From Octopus sinensis (taxonomy: Eukaryota), in assembly GCF_006345805.1 (NCBI RefSeq), contig NW_021825050.1, positions 1 to 22,726 on the forward strand: a DNA stretch of 22,726 bases, written 5' to 3'. The notes under the pieces are model-generated. The model was not told the DNA's origin and ran no database searches. It saw only the letters and a program-made list of their open reading frames with translations. Of the stretch, positions 1-9,879 are shown piece by piece. The position numbers and the translations under genes were made by a program. How positions within the stretch are numbered: the stretch's first letter is position 1; every line of letters starts with the position of its first letter.

Positions 1-19
1 TCTGCCAGCTCACCGCCTT
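1..19 (-). mobile_element. 5' head of tRNA-derived SINE family B, cut by the window edge
   Basis: Reverse complement AAGGCGGTGAGCTGGCAGA matches the heads of the copies at 14345 (+) and 19347 (-). Confidence 0.75.
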
Positions 20-37
20 AATAATAATAATAATAAT

Positions 38-115
<78 letters not shown>
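20..115. repeat. Compound trinucleotide microsatellite (AAT)n then (GAT)n
   Basis: Direct reading. Confidence 0.98.
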
Positions 116-116
<1 letters not shown>

Positions 117-169
117 AAAGCCCACCATAATATTAACAATAATGCTGGTGATGATGATGATGATGATTT

Positions 170-960
170 CTTTTAATTGCTACAGCAACGTCTGGTGAGG
201 TAAACGTTTCCAGAATAGTTTCCAGTTTTTGTGGGATGTCCATAAGAGGGTGAGGGAAGGAACAAGAGGGGCCAAGATGGAAGAAATGAGATATACGTAT
301 ACATAGCATACAGTTTGTGAACACATCTATGAAGCAGTCGTCCTGATACAAACGAACCGCCAGGTAGGACCAATAAGGAACCAGGATTATCCTGACCACC
401 AAAGACCAGAGCCTTCGCTTAACTATTCTTCTCCAGCCTGCAGACGCATGCATGGAGCAAGACTATTCACCCAAACTATTTTTTCTACGACCACCAACAT
501 TTGATAAATTACCGGCGAATGGCGCATGTCTCTCCATTCTCACTTCCCTTTCTAAAAGTTGTTGAGGGCTTGCCCGAAGGAGTAGATGTCTTTCCTCAAC
601 CCCTTTCTGTCTCGTCCACCACACAGCCTCTTCCGCTATAGCCACTCGACTGACTAACGCAGACTGCACTGCTTTGTTAAAGCTGGATGGTGGGACGGTC
701 CTCGCGATGGCTTCGGCCGGTAGTCTCATTCGTCCAACACGTGACGACTACTATTCGACATAACTCCACAAGTCTGCACGAGAACGTGTAGCACTGTTTC
801 GTCGCTTTGCGTTCATCTCGAACCAGCAGTGCCCCTCGGGGGTACTGTCAGACCAGGAATATCTGGAAGTTATCCATAGCAGTTCTCGGCTCGAAAGTCC
901 TTCGGAACAGACCAGTTAGTTCATTTGAATCGACGCCTACAGTTTTCCCGAGAAAACATG
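170..960 (-). mobile_element. Degenerate 3' end of an L1/Tx1-like LINE (ORF2 C-terminal zinc-knuckle region plus 3' UTR)
   Basis: Minus-strand frames with stops and frameshifts give MDNFQIFLV*QYPRGALLVRD, SDETVLHVLVQ (780-800; ETxxH-type CCHC remnant) and VAIAEEAVWWTRQKG. Ends with ATTAAA (172-177) and an (ATC)n tract. Clade call is from motif recall. Confidence 0.65.
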
Positions 961-1015
961 CATACATACATACATACATACATACATACATACATACATA
1001 CATACATACATACAT
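960..1015. repeat. (CATA)n microsatellite
   Basis: Direct reading. Confidence 0.98.
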
Positions 1016-1201
1016 AAATTTGCACGGCAGTATATGGATTCATAGAATCATGTGGCTTTCACACAAAGCCCCTCTAACAGACTCGGCTAACAGACCACAT
1101 AGTAATCCAATGTAGAGGTGTGTAATGCTATTGAAATCCAGGAGATCTAATCGATGAAATTATTTTATGAAGCAGAAAAGGAGATATGAGAGACTGATGT
1201 A

Positions 1202-1328
1202 TTTATTTAACCACTTGATGTTCTTACGATTACGGCCGTTTCGCAGCCTTCTTCGTGTAATAATAATTTCAGAGTAAAATAAATTATGAAACGGATGTAA
1301 TCCTAGTGCTGTCAAGTGGTTAAACAAA
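1202..1328. repeat. 17-bp inverted repeat (1 mismatch) with 93-bp spacer
   Basis: TTTATTTAACCACTTGA (1202-1218) versus TCAAGTGGTTAAACAAA (1312-1328). Confidence 0.8.
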
Positions 1329-1364
1329 AATATACCTTTCTCATACCTCCAGACTTTATATGGT

Positions 1365-1658
1365 ATGTATATTTGTGTGTGTGTGCGTGTGTGCGTGTGT
1401 GCGTGTGTGTCTGAGTGAGTGTGTGTATGTGTGTGTATGCATGTATGTACACACATATATATATATATATATATAATATATACATACACACATATATATA
1501 TATATACACACATATATATACATGTTCATATATATATATGTGTGTGTATATATATGTATATATACACACATACACATATATATGTATATATATAATATGT
1601 GTATATATATATATGTGTATATATATATATGTGTATATATATATATGTGTATATAATA

Positions 1659-1691
<33 letters not shown>

Positions 1692-1735
1692 CATAAATAC
1701 ATACGCATGTGTATTTGTATATATTGAATATATAT
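1365..1735. repeat. Compound (TG)n/(TA)n/(CA)n microsatellite field
   Basis: Direct reading. Confidence 0.95.
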
Positions 1736-2146
1736 TTATCACGTATATGCATATAGAAACGCGCGCACGCGCAGAGACGTGAAAATAAAGAGAATACTCT
1801 AGAAAGAGATGTAATGGGGTTAGCAGTGTGAATGCCCGGAATAGAAGTGGAAGGCGTTGGGGAAGGTGCTGGGTGGTGGTGGTGGTGGTGGTGGTGGTGT
1901 TTGTGTGGTGTGTGTGTGTGTGTGTGTGTGTGTTGGCGGTGGTTGTGATGGGTGCAGTATGATAGTTTAAGCAAACTTTGCGATGAAGCTCAACGGAAGA
2001 TTGCCTTGTGGGGTGAGGTGTCAGGAGGGGGGGGGGTTGAGGATGGAAGTTTGGGGGGGGGGGGGGTGACAGAGTAACATTTCAGAGGCTTTTTTTTTAT
2101 GTATTTGACGATTGTTCTTGGAGACAGATTTGAAATGTCAGGGATG

Positions 2147-2178
<32 letters not shown>

Positions 2179-2423
2179 ACAGACAGACAGATCTAGAGAC
2201 AAATAGAAGACGAGAGAGAGAGAGAGAGAGAACGTATGCGTGGGGGTAAGAGGGAGAGAGGTTGAGAGTAACAAGGCTTACTTAAATAGTGTGAATATAC
2301 ATGTTCATGTGAGTATACAGGTATAAAACACTTACACACATACACACACACACGCACACACACACATATATATATATATATATACATGCATGTATGTATG
2401 AATGCATGTGCAAACAGTTATAC

Positions 2424-2457
<34 letters not shown>

Positions 2458-2588
2458 CTGTGTGTGTGTTTGCATCTATATATACCAACTAATTAAAAAA
2501 ATAGTTTATTTCTATATGTGCATATATGCATGTACGTATGTATACGATACATACATACGTACACACATACATAATTATAGATACATAA

Positions 2589-2634
<46 letters not shown>

Positions 2635-2728
2635 TATATATATATACATATGTATGTATGTTTATATGTATATATGTATGTATAATATATATATATACAT
2701 ATATATGAATACATATATATATATATGA

Positions 2729-2766
<38 letters not shown>

Positions 2767-2891
2767 GAATGAATGTATGTATGTATGTGTATAATATTAT
2801 TACATGCATCCATACACATGCATGCATATATACGTGTAGGTATATAAATATATACACATATACAAATATATATACATACATACACATGCAC

Positions 2892-2922
<31 letters not shown>

Positions 2923-2994
2923 TTCACATATACAAACATACAAACATAGGTGTGTGTGTGCGCGTGGTGTGTGTGTGTATGTGTGTGTGTGTGC

Positions 2995-3048
<54 letters not shown>

Positions 3049-3060
3049 GCCTGCTTGTGT
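2147..3060. repeat. Compound (GA)n, (CA)n, (TA)n, (TATG)n, (TG)n field with short unique spacers
   Basis: Direct reading. Confidence 0.95.
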
Positions 3061-3324
3061 GCGACTAAGTGTTTGTGATTGTATGCGCGCTCAGAAATGA
3101 CAAACAAGCGTTTCCCACAGGAACCAGCTGTGTCCAAGACACGGGTGAAAGTTTCTGTCTAATTTTAAAAGACTCTGATCTGCCATTGTAGAGTTCATTT
3201 GAGGTGTGACTCTGTCTTGCACACGCACGCACGCCCAAGCGCACACAGTTAGGCACGCACGTTGACACACCCATAATAATATACACACTTACATATCCAC
3301 CGACATACAGACGCACTCACATAC

Positions 3325-3403
3325 ATGTGTGTGTTTACGTATGTACGTATGTATGTGTATGTATGTATGTGTGTATGTATGTATGTATGTATGTATGTAT
3401 GTA

Positions 3404-3434
<31 letters not shown>

Positions 3435-3455
3435 ATGTATGTATGTATGTATGTA

Positions 3456-3486
<31 letters not shown>

Positions 3487-3810
3487 ATGTATGTATGTAT
3501 GTGTGTATGTATGTATGTGTGTATGTATGTATGTATGTATGTATGTATAATTGTGCAGTTTATTTCAAGATTTCTTGTCAATAGAAAAAGACCCGGTTTC
3601 TAACCTAGATCCAAGGTTCCTTCATCGCAATTTCAACATCAAAGCAGGGTATTTTTGTATGTATGTATGTATGTATGTATGTATGTATGTATGTATGTAT
3701 GTATGTATGTATGTATGTATGAATGTATGTATGCATGCCTGCATGTATGTATGTATGTATGCATGCATGCATGTATGTATGTATGTATGTATGTATGTAT
3801 GTATGTATGT
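3325..3810. repeat. Two (TATG)n arrays (3325-3548, 3657-3810) separated by a ~110-bp spacer
   Basis: Direct reading. Confidence 0.95.
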
Positions 3811-4231
3811 AGGCGCAGGAGTGGCTGTTTAGTAATTAGCTTGCTAACCAACCACATGGTTCCGGGTTCAGTCCCACTGCGTGGCATCTTGGGCAAGTGT
3901 CTTCTGCTATAGCCCCGGGCCGACCAATGCCTTGTGAGTGGATTTGGTAGACGGAAACTGAAAGAAGCTTGTCGTATATATGTATATATATATAAGTGTG
4001 TGTGAATATGTTTGTGTATCTGTGTTTGTTCCCCTAGCATTGCTTGACAACCGATGCTGGTGTGTTTACGTCCCCGTCACTTAGCGGTTCGGCAAAAGAG
4101 ACCGATAGAATAAGTACTGGGCTTACAAAGAATAAGTCCCGGGGTCGATTTGCTCGACTAAAGGCGGTGCTCCAGCATGGCCGCAGTCAAATGACTGAAA
4201 CAAGTAAAAAGAGTCAAAAGAGAAAAAAGAG
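3811..4231 (+). mobile_element. tRNA-derived SINE family A, full length (CORE-like; possibly an octopus OR/OK-type family)
   Basis: A-box-like GTGGCTGT, B-box GGTTCAGTCCC (3865-3875), CORE-like CTTGGGCAAGT, internal TA/TG tract, 3' hairpin CAGTC-AAAT-GACTG (4184-4197), A/G-rich tail. Aligns with 8107-8564 and 18436-18799. Confidence 0.92.
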
Positions 4232-4383
4232 TATGTGTGTTTGTATGTATGTATGTATGTATGTATGTATGCATGTATGTATGTATGTATGTATGCATGC
4301 ATGCATGTATGTATGTATGTATGTATGTATGTATGCATGTATGCATGCATGCATGTATGTATATATGTATGTATGTATGTATG

Positions 4384-4417
<34 letters not shown>

Positions 4418-4435
4418 TGTATGTATGTGTGTATG

Positions 4436-4468
<33 letters not shown>

Positions 4469-4470
4469 GT
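4232..4470. repeat. (TATG)n array with CATG/TATA variants
   Basis: Direct reading. Confidence 0.97.
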
Positions 4471-4619
4471 AGATTTGTATGTTTTATGTATGTCTTCCCA
4501 TGTGTATAGTTGCATATCTAGACATGCTCATATATATTTAAATGATAAACTTCTGGAAAGTTTTACAGATTTTTACAGTTCCAGTGATGGATTGGGCGTT
4601 AGTCTTCGAATTAGCTTTC

Positions 4620-6530
4620 TCCCATTTTCATCGAATAGAGAGACACTGTTGACTGACAAATCTAACATCTCGAAACGATGGAACGAACACTTCGAAACGG
4701 AGTTGAACTCCGCCTCAGTCCCAAATGATGACGTCATAATGTCGATTTCACGGCACGCTGAAATACCGGAACTCTCTGGAGTCAACCTTCCTGGAAGTGA
4801 TAAGCTCTATTAAACAGATTTCTTCTGGTAAAGCGCCTGGCAGGGATGCTGTCCCTCCTGAAATCTACAAGCATGGTAGACAGGCGCTTTTTAAGAAATT
4901 GCATGACCTCTTCATAAATATCTGGACAGTAGGCCATGTACCACAGGACTTCAAGGATGCCTCAATTCAACATCTTTATAAGAACAAAGGAAACAGAAGT
5001 GTCTGTGGTAATCATCGTGGAATATCGCTTCTGTCTATTGCTGGTTCTTGCTCGTCTCATTCTTGACAGGGTCATCAAACACGTTTTAAATGATTTCTAC
5101 CCAGAATCACAGCGCGGATTTCGCACTGGTCGTGGCACTGTCGACATAAATTTTTCCCTTCAACAGGTTATGGAGGAGGTTCGTGAGAAAAATCAAGGTC
5201 AACGAATATCGAGTTGATCTCGATATTCGTTGACCTTACTAACACCTTCGACACTGTTAACCGTCAAGCCCTATGGAAAGTACTGAAAAAACTTTGGTAT
5301 AACTGACAAGATGTTGAATGTTATCTCCTTTCATGAGGGAATGAAGGCTGCTATCATCTCTGGTGGGAAATCTTCGGCTTCCTTTGACGCTACAAACGGC
5401 AAGAAGAAAGGTTGTGTTATGGCCCCTGTTTTGTTCGCACTCTTCTTTTCAGTGATGCTGAGGTATGCTTTTGGCAACATACAAAGTGGTGTCAAATTCC
5501 AGTTTCGAACAAGTGGTGGACTATTCAATCATCAGCATTTCAAAACCAGAACACTGCTACGCACCAGTATTATTTATGATCTACTTTTTGCAGATGATGC
5601 TGCACTAGTAGCGACATCCTTAGATGAAGCTCAGGGACATCTAGACCGGTTTTTTCTGCTGCGTGCAAAGCCCTTGGTTTGACCATCAGCATAAAGAAGA
5701 CTGAAGTAATCCACCAACCTTGCCCTACGCCTAAACAAATTCGTAGAGGCCAACGGTTCACAGTTTTCCTGAGACTCCTCTATATAAGTTGATGGGAAAA
5801 TCCTAAATTATGTGAAGTCATTTACATATGTTGATAGTAAAGTGAATTCGAGCGCTACCCTTGATGATGAAATCGTCAACTGTCTGGCAAAAGCAACCAA
5901 TGCATTTGGCAAACTCCGTCATCGCCTATGGAATGCAAGGGCCAACAAACTTGACACCAAAAACAGGTCTATAAAGCTGCCATTCTTATTACTCTCTTGT
6001 ATGACTCAGAATCGTGTATAACCTATATATGACACATTAACCAACAAGACATCTTCCACAAAGTTTCTAATGCCGACTTGTTTAGCAAGTGTAAGATTGG
6101 TGGAATTGAGAGCTTCCTTATGCAATCACAATTGCGCTAGGCTGGCCATGTCGTCAGAATGAGTGATGAAAGAATAGCCAAAGTCCTCATGTGCAGCCAG
6201 GTTGAGAGTGGACACAGGAATGTTGGTCGATCATGGCTCAGATATAAGGACAAGCTGAAGAGTAACCTCTTAGAAATGAAGATAGCTCACAACACCTTTG
6301 AGCAAACAGCCTTGAAACAAACAAGATGGAGATCGTTGTGTGAAAATGGTATTAGAAATTTTGTGGCAGCCAACATTAACAGGCTTCAGAGTGAAAGGCA
6401 AAGGAGATGAGCGGCTATAAATATACCACCTGCTCTGACCTGTAATCCTCATACTTGCAACATCTGTGATCTTCTTTGCAAATCGTTGGTGGGACTTAAA
6501 TGTCACATTCGACATAAGCATTATGACTGA
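4620..6530 (+). pseudogene. Disrupted RTE ORF2 (reverse transcriptase and C-terminal C2H2-like zinc finger)
   Basis: Across frameshifts: TLLTDKSNISKRWNEHF, SSGKAPGRDAVPPEIYKHG, LYKNKGNRSVCGNHRGISLLSIAG, PESQRGFRTGRGTVD, FVDLTNTFDTVNRQALW, GKKKGCVMAPVLF, LLFADD (FADD at 5587-5598), LTISIKKTEV, AFGKLRHRLW, RYKDKLKSNL, CNICDLLCKSLVGLKCHIRHKH; stop at 6528-6530. Confidence 0.92.
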
Positions 6531-6582
6531 CAAAGAAAGAGTACGTTGTCGGAGCCTCATACGTCGAAACCGACGAGAGAGT

Positions 6583-6588
<6 letters not shown>
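4620..6588 (+). mobile_element. 5'-truncated RTE-clade LINE lacking the APE endonuclease
   Basis: RT-region motifs in order, short 3' UTR (6531-6588) with hairpin CGTCG-AAAC-CGACG, followed by (TA)n. Confidence 0.93.
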
Positions 6589-6646
<58 letters not shown>

Positions 6647-6653
6647 ATATTGT

Positions 6654-7010
6654 TGTATTTATAATTGTGTAACATGTTCTCCGTTATTTTTTGTCTTTGT
6701 TTCGTCCGTTTTTTTTTATTTTTTATCTTTGTTTCGTACACATTCGCTTGCTTTCTCACAAAAAAATCTAATGCTCTTAGCTTAGACTTTTGATGGGGGT
6801 GGGGTCAGCCAGATTTGAACATTCTCAAGTGTAACTGACCGAAACTGTAAGGACAATCTTAAAACTCGACTGAGGAGAGAAGGCCACGAATGACCTGTTC
6901 TTGCGTTTTTTTCCTCTCCTATTTGTTGTTTTTCCTGTCCGCCTTTGTATCGTCTATCTCTCTGGGTGTTTTGTTGTCTTCTATTGCGTTTTTGTTCCAT
7001 TTTTTTCATA
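6654..7010 (+). mobile_element. Unclassified dispersed repeat, copy 1 (homologous to 11736-12035)
   Basis: Shared blocks CATGTTCTYCG, CACATTCGCTWGCTTTCT, ATCTAATGCTCTTAGCTTAGACTTTT, CTCAAGTGTAACTGWCCGAAA, GAATGACC, ATTGCGTTTTTGTTCCA. Orientation is nominal and class is unknown. Confidence 0.8.
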
Positions 7011-7064
7011 TTTATATATACACATAGCTGCGTACGTACACTTTTGCTCACATTGTAAATAAGA

Positions 7065-7138
7065 GTATATATATATATTATATATATAATATTATATATA
7101 TATATGTATATTATTTATATTATCATATAATTGAACGC

Positions 7139-7171
<33 letters not shown>

Positions 7172-7692
7172 CACACATACATACATACATACATACATAC
7201 ATACATACATACAAAAACAAACAAACATACATACATACATACATACATACATACATACACATACATACATACATACATACATACATAGAAAAAATGTATC
7301 TTTGTTTATAATGATCAAAATTTTGTGCTGTACATTAACACACTCCCTCCATAAAATCGACATGGCGTTTACGTATGTACGTACGTATGTATGCATGCAT
7401 GCATGTATGTATGTATGTATGTATGTATGTATGTATGTATGTATGTATGTATGTATGTATGTATGTATGCATGCATGCATGCATGCATGCATGTATGTAT
7501 GTATGTATGTATGTATGTATGTATGTATGTATGTATGAGTGTATGTATGTATGTATGTACGTACGTATATATATGTATATATATATATATACATGTACGT
7601 ACGTATATATGTATGTATGCATGGATGTATGTACGTTCGTATGTACGTACATATGTACGTACGTATGCACATATGTATGTATATATGTACAT
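7065..7692. repeat. (TA)n/(CATA)n array and (TATG/CATG/TACG)n array
   Basis: Direct reading; unique spacer at ~7288-7370. Confidence 0.95.
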
Positions 7693-8106
7693 ATGGTAAG
7701 TTATTTTGATGCCTATGCGAAGGCAATTTATATTTGTTTGGTTGGAAGTGAGTATGTGTAAACATGGATGCTAGAAATTGTTAATTACTAAAACCAGAAC
7801 ATTGGGGATGGTGGAAATACGGAACATAACAGTTAGTAATAACACTGAAATCATTCCATGCGACCAATTTAAATCCATTATACTTTACTCAATACACGTC
7901 ACCGATTATAATCGCAACAATTGTGAAAGAAATTGTTTTTGTGTCCGTTGTCATGAAAATAACGCAAGCAACATATTTTTCCAAATGTAGCTAACACGAC
8001 TACGTACGAAATTGACACACAGAAAGAAAGATGGCAGAGCAAAAAGAAAATAGGACACTATTATCGGCAGTGACGAAAAGAAAAACAAGACATTAATATC
8101 ATATAT

Positions 8107-8270
8107 AGGCATAGAAGTGAGTGTGTGGTAAGTAGCTTGCTTACCAACCACATGGTTCCGGGTTCATTCCCACTGCGTGGCACCTTGGGCGAGTGTCTTC
8201 TACTATAGCCTCGGGTCGACCAAAGCCTTGTGAGTGGATTTGGTAGACGGAAACTGAAAGAAGCCCCTCG

Positions 8271-8339
<69 letters not shown>

Positions 8340-8564
8340 GTGTATATGTTTGTGTGTCTGTGTTTCTCCCCCCAACATCGCTTGACAACCGATGCTAGTG
8401 GTTTACGTCCCTGTAACTTAGCGGTTCGGCAACAGAGGCGATAGAATAAGTACTGGGCTTACAAATAATAAGTCCTGGGGTCGATTTGCTCGACTAAAGG
8501 CGGTGCGACAGCATGGCCGCAGTCAAATGACTGAAACAAGTAAAAGAGTAAAAGAATAAAGAGT
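8107..8564 (+). mobile_element. tRNA-derived SINE family A, full length
   Basis: Aligns end to end with 3811-4231; internal (TA)n(TG)n expanded; hairpin at 8520-8533. Confidence 0.92.
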
Positions 8565-9074
8565 ATCATAAAACCCACAATATTTTCATAGGCTTGAAAG
8601 GGCGACAACTGGTTTGTAAAATTAGTACGCTTTTTTCTAATAAATGTGAGTAAATTCACTTAAAGACTTCAAGTGCATTTTCAACTTCTTTACGGCCACC
8701 CAGACCCACGTATACATATATACATATACATACGCATATTTATAGATATGTGAATGCGTATATTTACAAATATTTATATACACACATTCATGCTTGCTCT
8801 GCACACACATATACACACACTCTGGCACTTATACAAAAGCATTTCTATATATGCACATACGCGTGTACCAGGCTTCTGCACACTCTACACAGGACTACAG
8901 CAGGCAAAGTAGCGCGTAGTGAGATCGTACCCAGCAAGTGAAGTACGAAGTCAAATAGAGGAAAGTTACCCGCAAACACACAACCATGTGAAATTGTTGG
9001 TTTATCTCATTTAAATATGCCTGTGCCTGCCTGTCTGTTTTTGTGTTTGCACGTATTCGTGAAGCAGATATATA

Positions 9075-9519
9075 CAGTGGCGGCCAAAATGTTCAGAACG
9101 GCATTGTTTTCGAACAGAAAAGTAGATATAATTTTTATCAAATTGTTTTATGTCTATATTTTCACAGACAATAAATAACTATATTTTTGTTATTGCCTGA
9201 GTTTTTGTGAAATTTGAGAGCATAATACAAAGTTATGGGTGATTTAGTGATTAATAATTCCAGTTTCTCTGTCATTTTGATTATTTTGTTATTTTTTCAA
9301 CCGTTCTGATCATTTTTGGCCGCCATGGGTTTTGCAGGAAATCTAATCATCCATAACTTTTTGTATTATCGTCTCAAATTACACAAAAATCTCAAACAAT
9401 AACAATTAATATCGTATTTATTGTCTGTGAAAATTATAGAATATAAAACTACTTTGATAAAAACTTATACTTAGTTTCTGACGAAAACAATGCCGTTCTG
9501 AACATTTTGGCCGCAACTG
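9075..9519. mobile_element. Non-autonomous Tc1/mariner-type element (MITE, 445 bp) with long TIRs
   Basis: TA flanks (9073-9074, 9520-9521). Termini CAGTGGCGGCCAAAATGTTCAGAACGGCATTGTTTTCG and its reverse complement differ by 1 mismatch; imperfect inverted similarity extends ~170 bp. Confidence 0.9.
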
Positions 9520-9543
9520 TATATATATATATATATGTATATA

Positions 9544-9819
9544 GAATGGTTGTATACTGTCAATTTAACGTGACAGTAGGGGATTACACCACCGCTGTTT
9601 AGCCCTAGGAAGCATCGACGCTTCCTGATGGCTTCGACAAATTTTTTTCCTGTGACCTTATATATTTACAAAGGGGAGACAAATACCCCCTTCGTAAATA
9701 TATAAGGACACAGGAAAAAAAAATGTGTCGAAGCCATCTGGAAGCGTCGATGCTTCCTAGGCTAAACAGTGTGGTGTAATCCCCTACTGTCACGTTCAAT
9801 TGACAGTATACAACCATTC
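9544..9819. mobile_element. Foldback/palindromic MITE-like element, TA-flanked
   Basis: 9542-9676 is the reverse complement of 9686-9821 with ~8 differences by my count; ~9-nt loop AGACAAATA; TA at both ends. Confidence 0.85.
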
Positions 9820-9879
9820 TAATCGCCCCACCACCCCGTACATATCGCTATGAGATATTTAGAAATTTATTATTTCTGA

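Noticed and set aside
1790-1830. Minus-strand branch point (CTAAC) and acceptor TCTCTTTCTAG
   Set aside because: The downstream sequence runs into microsatellite with no convincing coding signal.
2024-2068. Poly-G runs and (GGT)n tracts (also ~1873-1898, 10930-10965) with G-quadruplex potential
   Set aside because: Generic property of simple repeats; nothing locus-specific supports function.
3108-3150. Possible 24-nt plus-strand microexon (TTTCCCACAG|...CGG|GTGAAA)
   Set aside because: Weak donor and too short to evaluate without transcripts.
1160-4515. Many 60-220 aa ORFs rich in Y/I/H/T or M/Y/V/C (also at 7092-7765, 9898-10798, 11907-12477)
   Set aside because: They are translations of TA/TG/TATG microsatellites, which lack stop codons in most frames.
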